Assembly: GCA_963698035.1 (NCBI GenBank)
Contig: OY969114.1
Location: 540,001-572,000 of the forward strand
Reading direction: 5' to 3'
DNA length: 32,000 nucleotides
Source of the DNA: Candidatus Saccharimonadota bacterium
GTDB lineage: Archaea; Micrarchaeota; Micrarchaeia; Micrarchaeales; Micrarchaeaceae
A program made the translations under genes and the position numbers. The notes under the pieces were generated by a model, which saw only the letters and a program-made list of their open reading frames with translations, was not told the DNA's origin and did not search any database. Positions 1 through 7,963 of the stretch are shown here, in pieces; the stretch's first letter is position 1; each line of letters begins with the position of its first letter.

Positions 1-580
1 GAAGCCATTCTCGTACGTGGCGTTCAGCGGAATCTACTCCATCGCCCCCATCTACATAACCATAATGTGCATGGGGACGATTGTCAGTATAATAGGCGGG
101 TACGCCAGCACGCTGCTCATAAGCGCTAATAAGGTAAAGGAGGTGCTGAAGTACAACGCGGCGATAGCGCTGGCAGAGATAGTGCTCCTCTTCGTTTTTG
201 TGCCGCTCTTCAAGGGGATGGGGTTTGTCGCGCTCATCTACGGAATAGTCCCGGTCGCCACCTCGATCCTTTTCGCGAGGGCGTCGGCAAAGCTCTTCAA
301 GCTGAACTTCAACTTCACCAAGCTCTACAGGATACTGTCAGCGAATGCGGTAGCGATGCTGATTTTTCTGCCGCTGATAGTACTCTGGGGCGCCAACTAC
401 ATACCATTGCTGATAACCGCCGTGCTCGGCATACTTCTCATCTATCCTGCGCTTCTCGCACTCTTCAAGGGTATAGATAGGCACGACATAGAGGCGATGA
501 GGACGATGACTGCGAAGATCCCAATAGTGAGTACAGTGCTAGGTCAGCTGCTAGGCTACTCCTCCAGGTTTGTCAGATGA
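1..580 (+). CDS. C-terminal part of a polytopic membrane protein, possibly a MOP/Wzx-type polysaccharide flippase; 5' end lies outside the window
   Basis: The frame is open from the window edge, with no stop before the GTG at 17. It encodes 187+ aa of consecutive hydrophobic helices with short basic loops. The family call rests only on general resemblance to flippase C-termini. Confidence 0.45.
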   Translation, partial: KPFSYVAFSGIYSIAPIYITIMCMGTIVSIIGGYASTLLISANKVKEVLKYNAAIALAEIVLLFVFVPLFKGMGFVALIYGIVPVATSILFARASAKLFKLNFNFTKLYRILSANAVAMLIFLPLIVLWGANYIPLLITAVLGILLIYPALLALFKGIDRHDIEAMRTMTAKIPIVSTVLGQLLGYSSRFVR

Positions 581-2173
581 TCCTCTCGCAAGCGCGCTAC
601 TTATAAAGTAGTCGAAGAGCGGCGCCGGCCTCCCAAGCTTGGACTTCAGCTCGGGGTGCGCCTGCGTTGCTACGCCAGGCGTATTCCTCCACTCCACAAA
701 CTCGACGAGCGAGTTGTCCGGGGTCGTGCCGCTTATCACGAGCCCCTTCGATTCGAGAAGCCTCCTGTACCGGTTGTTCACCTCGTACCTGTGCCTGTGC
801 CTCTCGCTTATCATGGTGCTTCCGTATGCAGCGTATGTCTGGGTTCCCTTCTTCAATCTTGCTGTCCACGCACCAAGGCGCATGGTTCCCCCCTTTCTCT
901 TTATGTCCCTCTGCGATTCCATTATGTCTATTACCTTATGCGGGGATTTACTGTTGAATTCAGAGGAGTTCGCTTTCGAGAGGCCGCAGACATTCCTTGC
1001 GTATTCTATGACCATGAGCTGCATGCCAAAGCATATGCCCAGGTACGGCATCGAATTCTCCCTCGCATATCTTATCGCGTTGATCATACCCTCGGTGCCC
1101 CGCACGCCGAATCCTCCAGGCACGAGAATCCCATCCACGCCCGATAGTGGGGAGAGGTCGCCATTCTCGAGTTCGGTCGACTCGATCCACTTGAGCGAGA
1201 CCCCCGCGCCATTCTTCGCGCCCGCATGCACTAGAGCCTCCTTCACGCTGACGTAAGAGTCCTTGAGGTCTGTGTACTTACCGACTATGCCAATTCTCAC
1301 GCCCTTCTTGGGAGCGGATATACTTCTCGTAAGCCTCTCCCAGTCGTCGTGCCTCTTCCTGTTTATCTTCCTTGCCGGAAGGCCGAGGTCCTTTATCAGC
1401 ATTCTTCCCAGACCCTGCTTCTCCAGGTACAAGGGCAGATTATATATGCTGCCGTTGTCAGAGTCGTCGAGCACCCTCTCCCTGCTTATGCTGCTATAGA
1501 GCGCGATCTTGTCCTTCGCCTTCTCCTCAAGGGGACTGCTGCCCCTGCATATTATGTAATCGGGCTTTATCCCGAGCTGCATCAGCGACCTCACGCCTAT
1601 CTGCGTCGGCTTGGTCTTCTGCTCCCCCACAACATCTATCTTCGGCACATATGTAAGATTGACGAAGGCTACCCTGCTCTTGAGCGCAAGCTGCCTCATC
1701 GCCTCTACAAAGTAGCTGTTCTCTATGTCACCTACTGTGCCGCCCACCTCTATAACGAGTGCGTCCGCTTTCTGGGCCTTTGATATGCTCTCTATGCGGT
1801 TCAGTATCTCGTTTGTCAGGTGGGGTATTATCTGGACATCATTGCCAAGGTACTCACCCCTCCGCTCTTTCTCTATAACTGTGCTGAAAAGCTTGCCGCC
1901 GGTTATCGAGAGGCTGCCGTCTAGGGTGGTGTTCATGAACCTCTCGTACATGCCGAAGTCCATGTCGACCTCGCTTTTGTCATCAAGAACAAAAACCTCG
2001 CCGTGCCTGTATGGGTTCATCGTTCCGCAATCGTAGTTTAGGTATCCATCGAATTTGACCGGCCGCACCCTGTAGCCGTAGAAACCGAGTATCTTCAAGA
2101 TAGAAGAGGTAACTATCCCCTTTCCCAAACCGCTTAGCAACGAGCCAAGTATTACAACATAAGCTGTGCGCAT
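551..2173 (-). CDS. pyrG: CTP synthase
   Basis: 540 aa. The N-terminal synthetase signature is 'VVILGSLLSGLGKGIVTSS'. The C-terminal glutamine amidotransferase has 'PYLGICFGMQL' (catalytic Cys) and 'RHRHRYEVN'. The 3' end overlaps the convergent ORF 1..580 by 30 nt. Confidence 0.97.
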   Translation of the reverse strand: MRTAYVVILGSLLSGLGKGIVTSSILKILGFYGYRVRPVKFDGYLNYDCGTMNPYRHGEVFVLDDKSEVDMDFGMYERFMNTTLDGSLSITGGKLFSTVIEKERRGEYLGNDVQIIPHLTNEILNRIESISKAQKADALVIEVGGTVGDIENSYFVEAMRQLALKSRVAFVNLTYVPKIDVVGEQKTKPTQIGVRSLMQLGIKPDYIICRGSSPLEEKAKDKIALYSSISRERVLDDSDNGSIYNLPLYLEKQGLGRMLIKDLGLPARKINRKRHDDWERLTRSISAPKKGVRIGIVGKYTDLKDSYVSVKEALVHAGAKNGAGVSLKWIESTELENGDLSPLSGVDGILVPGGFGVRGTEGMINAIRYARENSMPYLGICFGMQLMVIEYARNVCGLSKANSSEFNSKSPHKVIDIMESQRDIKRKGGTMRLGAWTARLKKGTQTYAAYGSTMISERHRHRYEVNNRYRRLLESKGLVISGTTPDNSLVEFVEWRNTPGVATQAHPELKSKLGRPAPLFDYFISSALARGSSDKPGGVA

Positions 2174-2226
2174 ACAATAGTTTAATCTACCAGGTTAAAA
2201 AGCTTTATGCGAAACGGGTGGTAATC

Positions 2227-2811
2227 ATGGTGAAGGAGCAGGAGGAAAAGGGTGGAAGCACCAGGGCTTTCATCGCAATAGAGATAAACCAGGCTGCAAA
2301 GGAGAAACTCGCAGCAATCGCCAGTCAGGTAAGGTCCAGCAGCGTAAAGGCGGTGCATCCAGATCAGATGCACATAACCATGGCGTTCCTCGGCGATATC
2401 GACAATGATTCAATTGAGGAAATTGGCATGCTGTTATCCGCCATGGAGCGCAACCAATTCGGCATATCCCTAATGGGGCTCGGCACATTCTCCACTAAGC
2501 GCCCCGGCGTGATATTCGCAAAGGTGCTTGACGGGGCCGAGGCGCTGGCGCTGATGTCTTCCTACATAAACGACGGCCTTGCGGCGCTAGGCATGACGGT
2601 CGAGGAAAGAAAATTCTCGGCGCACGTGACCGTAGCGAGAGTGAAGGATCCCAGCGCCACAGAGATAGACAAAATAAACAGCTTTGTAGCGGCGCACTCT
2701 GGAGATCTATTCGGGAGCTTCATCTGCAGCGGGATAAAACTTAAGGGCAGCATCCTTACCCCTAAAGGTCCGATATACCGCGACCTATTTACCAAGAGCT
2801 TCTCCCCTTAA
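2227..2811 (+). CDS. thpR: 2H-phosphoesterase family protein (RNA 2',3'-cyclic phosphodiesterase / 2'-5' RNA ligase, ThpR/LigT)
   Basis: It has the two H-x-T-x motifs of the 2H fold, 'HITMAF' and 'HVTVAR', at the expected spacing in a ~190-aa protein. I prefer the ATG at 2227 over the GTG at 2218. Confidence 0.85.
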   Translation: MVKEQEEKGGSTRAFIAIEINQAAKEKLAAIASQVRSSSVKAVHPDQMHITMAFLGDIDNDSIEEIGMLLSAMERNQFGISLMGLGTFSTKRPGVIFAKVLDGAEALALMSSYINDGLAALGMTVEERKFSAHVTVARVKDPSATEIDKINSFVAAHSGDLFGSFICSGIKLKGSILTPKGPIYRDLFTKSFSP

Positions 2812-2958
2812 ACCCCTCTCAAACTGCTCCATCGTCATGCTGCTGGCAAGCTCTCCATGTCTGTACAGCCTGTCCTCTAGCAGCACGTTGAAGCACATTC
2901 CGTGCCGATGTCTATCGCAACGTACCTTGCATCCGTGCCGAAAAGGTCAAGGGGTCAC

Positions 2959-2992
2959 GATAGTTATCTCCGATTGAGATAGTTATATAAAT
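2959..2992 (+). promoter_or_regulatory. Putative promoter of the rpoD-rpl18e-rpl13-rps9-rpoN cluster: TATA-like TTATATAAAT (2983-2992) preceded by and overlapping two copies of GATAGTTAT
   Basis: The 9-nt direct repeat occurs at 2959-2967 and 2978-2986 (19-nt period). An inverted repeat TATCTC(2965-2970)/GAGATA(2976-2981) lies between them. The TATA-like box is about 60 nt upstream of the rpoD ATG at 3050. Confidence 0.4.
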
Positions 2993-3049
2993 ATTCTTGT
3001 GCATAATTCTGATAGCTAATTGTAATCGGCTCTTGTGCTCGGCGAGTCC

Positions 3050-3625
3050 ATGAAAATCGATATACTAGAAGATAATGGCAGCACTTTGCGTTTCACCCTA
3101 AAGGACGCGGCTAATGCATATGCGAATGCGATAAGGAGGATCGCAACCGGCAGTGTATCTACATTCGCGATCGACACGGTCACTTTCTACGAGAATTCAA
3201 GCGTCATGTTCGATGAGTACATAGCGCACAGGATCGGCCTGATTCCTATAACAACGCCGGCCAAGGGCTACACTGAGAAGGACGAGGTGCTCTTCACCCT
3301 CGAGGCGGAGGGCCCCAAGACTGTGTATTCGAAGGATATAGCCTCGGCCGACAAGGAAGTCAAGGTGGCAAACGATGCCATTCCAGTGATAAAGCTTGCC
3401 GAGGAGCAGACGATAAGGATCGAGGGCAAGGCGCTCATGGGAATAGGAGCAAAGCATGCCAAGTTCCAGCCGGGTCTGGTGACCTACGACCAGAAGGGCG
3501 ACAGCACCTTTGAATTTTATGTTGAATCATTTGGTCAGATGCCATCCAGGCAAATAATTAATAAGGCTTTTGACGTGATAGAAGAGCAGCTGCGCGAACT
3601 ATTCGCAAAGGTAAAGAAGCTTTGA
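3050..3625 (+). CDS. rpoD: DNA-directed RNA polymerase subunit D (Rpo3)
   Basis: The sequence '[31 protein letters not shown]...[14 protein letters not shown]' is typical of Rpo3/RpoD. It sits in the conserved position upstream of rpl18e-rpl13-rps9-rpoN. The ATG at 3050 is preferred to the GTG at 3035. Confidence 0.9.
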   Translation: MKIDILEDNGSTLRFTLKDAANAYANAIRRIATGSVSTFAIDTVTFYENSSVMFDEYIAHRIGLIPITTPAKGYTEKDEVLFTLEAEGPKTVYSKDIASADKEVKVANDAIPVIKLAEEQTIRIEGKALMGIGAKHAKFQPGLVTYDQKGDSTFEFYVESFGQMPSRQIINKAFDVIEEQLRELFAKVKKL

Positions 3626-3626
3626 A

Positions 3627-3733
3627 GCGGGGGTGGCAGAGCTTGGCCAAATGCGCAGGACTGAGGTGCGGAAATCCCGCTCGGAACTCCTGTGTCTTTA
3701 GTGACTGCGTGAGTTCAAATCTCACCCCCCGCA
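3627..3733 (+). tRNA. tRNA-Leu(GAG) with a 20-nt canonical-position (37/38) intron; no encoded CCA
   Basis: The acceptor stem is GCGGGGG(3627-3633)/CCCCCGC(3726-3732) with discriminator A3733. The anticodon stem is CAGGA(3656-3660)/TCCTG(3688-3692), with anticodon GAG at 3663-3665. There is a long variable arm (3693-3708) and a T-arm GTGAG-TTCAAAT-CTCAC (3709-3725). The intron (3667-3686) forms hBHBh': a central helix CTGA(3661-3664)/TCGG(3681-3684), 3-nt bulges at 3665-3667 and 3685-3687, and an inner helix GCGG/CCGC. Confidence 0.88.
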
Positions 3734-3745
3734 TAATGTGGTAAA

Positions 3746-4096
3746 ATGAAGATAAACGTCGAGAGGAATGACATCAAGGAATGGATGAACACCCTTAGCA
3801 GGGCCTCTTCCGCAAGCGGCTCGAAGAAGGTCTGGGGAAGCGTACTCTCGCTTCTTTCCGTGCCCGCAAGAAGGAGGGTCAGCGTCAACATCTACAAGAT
3901 AAACAGGTTCTCGAAGGAGGGGGACAACATAATCGTGCCTGGGAAGGTCCTCTCGGTCGGCGCTATGGATCACAGTGTCACCATAGCAGCCGTAGAGTAT
4001 TCCAAGAAGGCGCTCGACCAGCTCGGCGCAGCCAAGTGCAGAGTGATAGGACTAAACGAGATGCTAAACCAGAAGAAGGTAAACATAATAAGGTAA
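3746..4096 (+). CDS. rpl18e: 50S ribosomal protein L18e
   Basis: 116 aa. The motifs 'VWGSVLSLLSVPARRRVSVNIYKINRF...IIVPGKVLSVG...VTIAAVEYS' match the archaeal L18e pattern and the gene order fits. Confidence 0.92.
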   Translation: MKINVERNDIKEWMNTLSRASSASGSKKVWGSVLSLLSVPARRRVSVNIYKINRFSKEGDNIIVPGKVLSVGAMDHSVTIAAVEYSKKALDQLGAAKCRVIGLNEMLNQKKVNIIR

Positions 4097-4100
4097 TCAT

Positions 4101-4547
4101 ATGCAGAAGGATGGCAAACCGATACTGTTCGATGCGAACGGAAAGATACTCGGGAGGCTATCCACCATTGTCGCGAAGAGCCTGCTGAACGGCAGCGAGG
4201 TAGTCGTGGTGAACGCAGAGGGCGCGGTAATCAGCGGCGCCAAGAAGGTAATACTCGAAAAGTACAGGACCAGGGTCAACCTCAAGGAGAAGATGAACCC
4301 CGAACACTCTCCCTACTGGCCGAGGAGGCCCGACCTCCTGGTCAAGAGGATAATAAGGGGCATGCTCCCGTACAAGAAGCCAAGCGGCAAGGCCGCATAC
4401 AGGAGGCTCAAGGTCTACATCGGAATGCCGGAGGAGTTCGCCAAGGTGAAACCGGTGGAGATGGAGTCGAAGGACCCAAGAGGCATGTACGTCGGGCACA
4501 TAACGATAGCAGAGCTCTCAAGGCTGCTCGGCTACGAGCAAGGTTAG
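4101..4547 (+). CDS. rpl13: 50S ribosomal protein L13 (uL13)
   Basis: 148 aa. It carries 'GRLSTIVAKSLLNGSEVVVVNAE' and 'KRIIRGMLPYKKPSGKAAYRRLKVY', and has conserved synteny. Confidence 0.95.
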   Translation: MQKDGKPILFDANGKILGRLSTIVAKSLLNGSEVVVVNAEGAVISGAKKVILEKYRTRVNLKEKMNPEHSPYWPRRPDLLVKRIIRGMLPYKKPSGKAAYRRLKVYIGMPEEFAKVKPVEMESKDPRGMYVGHITIAELSRLLGYEQG

Positions 4548-4550
4548 TTT

Positions 4551-5102
4551 ATGGAAGAAACACAGAGTGCTGTACAGGTTGTTGCGCCAGCAGCTGTAGC
4601 TGCAACACCAGCGCCTGCTACAGCTGAACAGGTTAAGAAGCCTGCAAGGCAGAGGAGGGCGCCATCAACAAGAAGGAAGAGCGCAAAGAAGCCCGAGAAG
4701 GTAATACTTGTAAAGAGCAAGAGGAAGGAGGCGATAGCGAGGGCGTCGGTCAAGGCGGGCTCAGGAAGGGTCCGCGTGAATGGCGTCGACATAAACGCAA
4801 CCGAACAGGATATATACAGGAGTGTAATGCAGGAGCCGATAAACCTTTCAAACATAACGAAGGAGCTGGCAGGCAGGCTCGAAATAACGATAAATGTCAA
4901 GGGAGGGGGATCAAGCTCCCAAGCGCAGGCGGTGAGGAGCGCGATAGCAAAGGGAATATCTAAATTCGCTGACACCGATACGATTAGGAAGGAGTACATG
5001 AGATACGACAAGTCATTGCTGGTGGACGACTACAGAAGGGTGGAGCCGAAGAAATACCTTGGTCCGAAGGCGAGGGCGAAGTTTCAGACCTCATACAGGT
5101 GA
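4551..5102 (+). CDS. rps9: 30S ribosomal protein S9 (uS9) with a ~45-aa Ala/Pro/Lys-rich N-terminal extension
   Basis: The core is '[23 protein letters not shown]' and the typical C-terminus is '[25 protein letters not shown]'. At 183 aa it is longer than the ~135 aa usual for archaeal S9. Confidence 0.95.
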   Translation: MEETQSAVQVVAPAAVAATPAPATAEQVKKPARQRRAPSTRRKSAKKPEKVILVKSKRKEAIARASVKAGSGRVRVNGVDINATEQDIYRSVMQEPINLSNITKELAGRLEITINVKGGGSSSQAQAVRSAIAKGISKFADTDTIRKEYMRYDKSLLVDDYRRVEPKKYLGPKARAKFQTSYR

Positions 5103-5106
5103 TACC

Positions 5107-5307
5107 ATGATGATGCCTATAAGATGCTTCAGCTGCGGTGCAGTTGTAGCCGACAAATGGGAAGAGTACGACAAGAGGGTCAACAAGGACCACGAGCAGG
5201 CCGGCAAGGTCCTCGACGACCTCGGTGTGAAGAGATACTGCTGCAGGCGCATGTTCATAAGCAATGTTGAGCTGATAGACGAGTTCATAAAGATAGGAAA
5301 GAAATAA
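5107..5307 (+). CDS. rpoN: DNA-directed RNA polymerase subunit N (Rpo10)
   Basis: The sequence '[21 protein letters not shown]...[20 protein letters not shown]' has the zinc-binding CxxC and CC signatures. The start is set at the ATG at 5107; the track start at 5059 would overlap rps9. Confidence 0.93.
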   Translation: MMMPIRCFSCGAVVADKWEEYDKRVNKDHEQAGKVLDDLGVKRYCCRRMFISNVELIDEFIKIGKK

Positions 5308-5343
5308 GGCAAGTAATAAAAGCAACGGCTACTGAATATGCTG

Positions 5344-5432
5344 GGGGCCGTCTGCTAGCTTGGTAGGCTTCTACCTTGGGGTGGTAGCGACCCGAGTTCA
5401 AAAGCAAACCGCTGAAAATCTCGGCGGCCCCA
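5344..5432 (+). tRNA. tRNA-Pro(GGG) with a 16-nt non-canonical intron in the T-loop (between positions 59 and 60); no encoded CCA
   Basis: The acceptor stem is GGGGCCG(5344-5350)/CGGCCCC(5425-5431) with discriminator A5432. The anticodon arm is CTACC-TTGGGGT-GGTAG (5371-5387), anticodon GGG at 5378-5380. The T-stem is CCGAG(5392-5396)/CTCGG(5420-5424). Removing 5403-5418 restores a 7-nt T-loop, TTCAAAT. The D-stem is weak: 3 bp plus a U-U mismatch. Confidence 0.75.
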
Positions 5433-5464
5433 CACAGTAAGAAAGGAATGCACAGGTTATTCGA

Positions 5465-6148
5465 ATGGAGGAAGAAAAAGCAGAGGAGATTATCGCCACA
5501 GGCGGGCAGCAGCAGGCATCGCCGCAGCTCCTCGCAAACCAGAACGATTATCTCGAGGCAGGCATCCACATCGCCACGAAGATGAGGAGCCCCGGGATGA
5601 AGCGCTTCGTATACAAGGTGAGGGACGACGGCCTCTACCTCTTGGATCTCAAGACGATAGACAGCAGGCTAAGGATCGCTGCAAACATGGTGGCTGCTTA
5701 CAACCCAAAGGACGTCATAGTGACCGCATCAAGGATCTACGCGATAGTCGCTGCGGAGAAGTTCGCCGAGATAATAGGCGCGAAGTTCATGCGTGGAAGG
5801 GTGACCCCTGGAGTATTCACGAACCCGAACAGGAAGGACTTCACAGAGCCCAAGCTAATAATGATAAGCGATTCAAGGAACGAGAAGCAGGCGGTGACTG
5901 AGGCCAGCAAGGTAAACATGCCCATACTCGCGCTCAGCGACACGGACAATTCCACCAAGTTCATAGACCTGGTTATACCGTCAAACAACCGCGGCAGGAA
6001 GTCGCTCGCGTTCATCTACTTCCTGTTGGCTAGGGAGGTCCTGAAAGCAAGGGGCGAGATAAAGCCCGACCAGGAGTTCGCCCACCAGGTAAGCGAGTTC
6101 GAGGCGAAGCTCGAGTCGAAGCCCCTCAGGCAGGAAGCGCAGTTCTAA
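5465..6148 (+). CDS. rps2: 30S ribosomal protein S2 (uS2)
   Basis: 227 aa. It carries 'YLEAGIHIATKMRSPGMKRFVYKVRDDGLYLLDLKKT-like' and 'PILALSDTDNSTKFIDLVIPSNNRGRKSL', and closes the rpoD...rps2 cluster. Confidence 0.95.
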   Translation: MEEEKAEEIIATGGQQQASPQLLANQNDYLEAGIHIATKMRSPGMKRFVYKVRDDGLYLLDLKTIDSRLRIAANMVAAYNPKDVIVTASRIYAIVAAEKFAEIIGAKFMRGRVTPGVFTNPNRKDFTEPKLIMISDSRNEKQAVTEASKVNMPILALSDTDNSTKFIDLVIPSNNRGRKSLAFIYFLLAREVLKARGEIKPDQEFAHQVSEFEAKLESKPLRQEAQF

Positions 6149-7030
6149 TTATAACGGTACAGCCACAAGGGCTGATATCAGGTACCCCAAAAGGGCGATG
6201 CCCATCGCAGCAAGGCTTACATTCTTGGCGAGCCTGTATGTCGCGTTGCGTTCATCGAACAGGCAGCGCACCGCGATGTAGGCTATCATCCCATCGGCTA
6301 TCGCTATCGGCACAAGGTAAGTCAGGTTGAACCTGAACGGCTCTATGAAAAAGAAGAGGAATATGCTTATCAGTATCGCCTCAAGATAGAGTATGAAGGC
6401 TATCTGCGCCGCCCTCTCCTTCCTCGTGTAGTGGACGAGGTTCCTGCTCTTCCTTGCTTTCTGGTCGCCGCGGTAGTCGCGTATCATCCCCTGTATCTCA
6501 CGTGCGAGCCCGCTAAGGAAGACGATGAAGAATATCGCCACTATGCCGGGCAGCAGCGTCGTAGTCACGACGAAGTTGCCGAAGAGGAAGGGTATAGCCA
6601 TAGAGAACGCTATGTAGGCATTGCCGAGCAGGAGCGTGTCCTTCAGCCTGTAGCTGTAGAGCATCGCAAGCAGCCCGAAGACCCACGCTATCATGAAGGC
6701 ATAGAAGTTTATGAAGGCGCTGGCCCCAATCCCTATGACTAGGCACACAACCGATATAACGAGCGCCGACCCCTTGCTTATCTCCCCGCTCACTATCGGC
6801 CTGTCGAAGCGGCCGTTGGCCCTGTCAGACGCGACGTCAAAGTAGTCGTTTATCGCAAAGGAGGCCATACTTATGAATATCGGCGTGATGAGGCTGAGCG
6901 CCAGGGTAAGATGGCCAGGCAGACCTCCAGCTATCAGCTCAGCGGCGAGCACGGCTACCACTAGCATGAGGCTGTGCTCTATCCTGGTAAGCCTGAAAAA
7001 TGCGCCTAGCTTTGTCAATCGATGCACCAA
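6149..7030 (-). CDS. UbiA-family prenyltransferase, probably digeranylgeranylglyceryl phosphate synthase
   Basis: 293 aa with 8-9 predicted TM helices. The Asp-rich motifs are 'NDYFDVASD' and 'RDYRGD'. The N-terminal 'RLTRIEHSL' is typical of archaeal lipid prenyltransferases. The start is TTG/GTG at 7030/7027. Confidence 0.72.
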   Translation of the reverse strand: MVHRLTKLGAFFRLTRIEHSLMLVVAVLAAELIAGGLPGHLTLALSLITPIFISMASFAINDYFDVASDRANGRFDRPIVSGEISKGSALVISVVCLVIGIGASAFINFYAFMIAWVFGLLAMLYSYRLKDTLLLGNAYIAFSMAIPFLFGNFVVTTTLLPGIVAIFFIVFLSGLAREIQGMIRDYRGDQKARKSRNLVHYTRKERAAQIAFILYLEAILISIFLFFFIEPFRFNLTYLVPIAIADGMIAYIAVRCLFDERNATYRLAKNVSLAAMGIALLGYLISALVAVPL

Positions 7031-7077
7031 AGATTAAATAATGTATACATGGATGTATTTTTAGATGGTTGGTTTTG

Positions 7078-7917
7078 ATGGGGGATGCGCTTAAGGATGA
7101 TACCAAGCCGCAGGGCGTAAAGCAGCAATCTGCGATCGAATTTATGGTAACCTACGCATGGGCGATACTGCTCATGGCGGTCCTTTTATCTCTCCTCTAC
7201 TTCTTCGTCATAGCCCCCTATTCGATAAGCCCGTCGAGCTGCAGCTTCGTGACGCAGCTCACCTGCAAGGCTGTAATACTCGGCACCAACGCCATGACGC
7301 ACAACACCATCCTGACGCTGCTCGTCACCAACTCGCAGCAGTATCCGATTGAAGGGCCCGCGCTCTTCGCCAACATAAACGGCGTGAACACCAGCAACAC
7401 AATCTGCACACCGTACTTCGTTCCGGCGGGGGGGCAGTTCCTCTGCCAGCTGACCTTGCCGGTAAAGACGAACATAAACTCGTTCGAGTCTGGCTACACA
7501 TACCTCAACGCCTCTAACTGCGGCTTCTCGCCCACTTATTCGGCGTCCTCCTGCTCAGCGTCCAGGCCAGTCACGTACGCCGGAAGCTTCAGCGCCAAGG
7601 CGCAGCCAGTATTCTCGCTCGGAGGCAACGCGATAAGTGTCACCATTACGTCTAACTTGAGCGCGCAGTACCTCAATGAACCCGTAACGCTCAATGGAAC
7701 CGTACAGCTTTTGGGCACTTACCTGCAGGGTGCGACTGTCAACTTCACCGAAAATTCAGTGATTCCAGTAATAACGCCGAGATACGCTACTACGGACGGT
7801 GCAGGATTGGCATACAGCCAGATCATGAGCGCTCTCCCAACTACTGTTGTGGTCACCGCCTCCGTACTTGGAATCACCTCAAATGGAATCTCAATAACGT
7901 TCACCACGGCACCATAG
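7078..7917 (+). CDS. Class III signal-peptide (archaeal type IV pilin-like) protein with a C-terminal Ig-like beta-sandwich region
   Basis: A short charged leader is followed by 'QSAIEFMVTYAWAILLMAVLLSLLYFFV' (Q+1, E+5, hydrophobic helix). A Cys-containing globular domain is paralogous to those of 8054, 22353 and 23009. The C-terminal pattern '...VTLNGTVQLLG..GATVNFTE...TTDGAGLAY...VVVTASV' resembles Big-type domains. The ATG at 7078 is preferred to the TTG at 7069. Confidence 0.7.
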   Translation: MGDALKDDTKPQGVKQQSAIEFMVTYAWAILLMAVLLSLLYFFVIAPYSISPSSCSFVTQLTCKAVILGTNAMTHNTILTLLVTNSQQYPIEGPALFANINGVNTSNTICTPYFVPAGGQFLCQLTLPVKTNINSFESGYTYLNASNCGFSPTYSASSCSASRPVTYAGSFSAKAQPVFSLGGNAISVTITSNLSAQYLNEPVTLNGTVQLLGTYLQGATVNFTENSVIPVITPRYATTDGAGLAYSQIMSALPTTVVVTASVLGITSNGISITFTTAP

Positions 7918-7963
7918 TCGGGTGAGGCAGCAATGCATGGCATATTTCAACTACCTTCTCAAA

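Noticed and set aside
639-1783. Several 90-205-aa ORFs on both strands inside pyrG (639-1256, 656-1147, 1349-1783 and others)
   Set aside because: All lie within or antisense to the clearly recognisable CTP synthase gene. Their peptides have no family resemblance and skewed composition.
2812-2960. Coding-looking short minus-strand frames ('PLDLFGTDARYVAIDIGTE...' and 'MCFNVLLEDRLYRHGELASSMTMEQFERG...') in the thpR-rpoD spacer; possible gene remnant
   Set aside because: Each frame is under 40 codons. Two frames would be needed to join them, I see no convincing start, and I recognise no family. This is insufficient to call a pseudogene.
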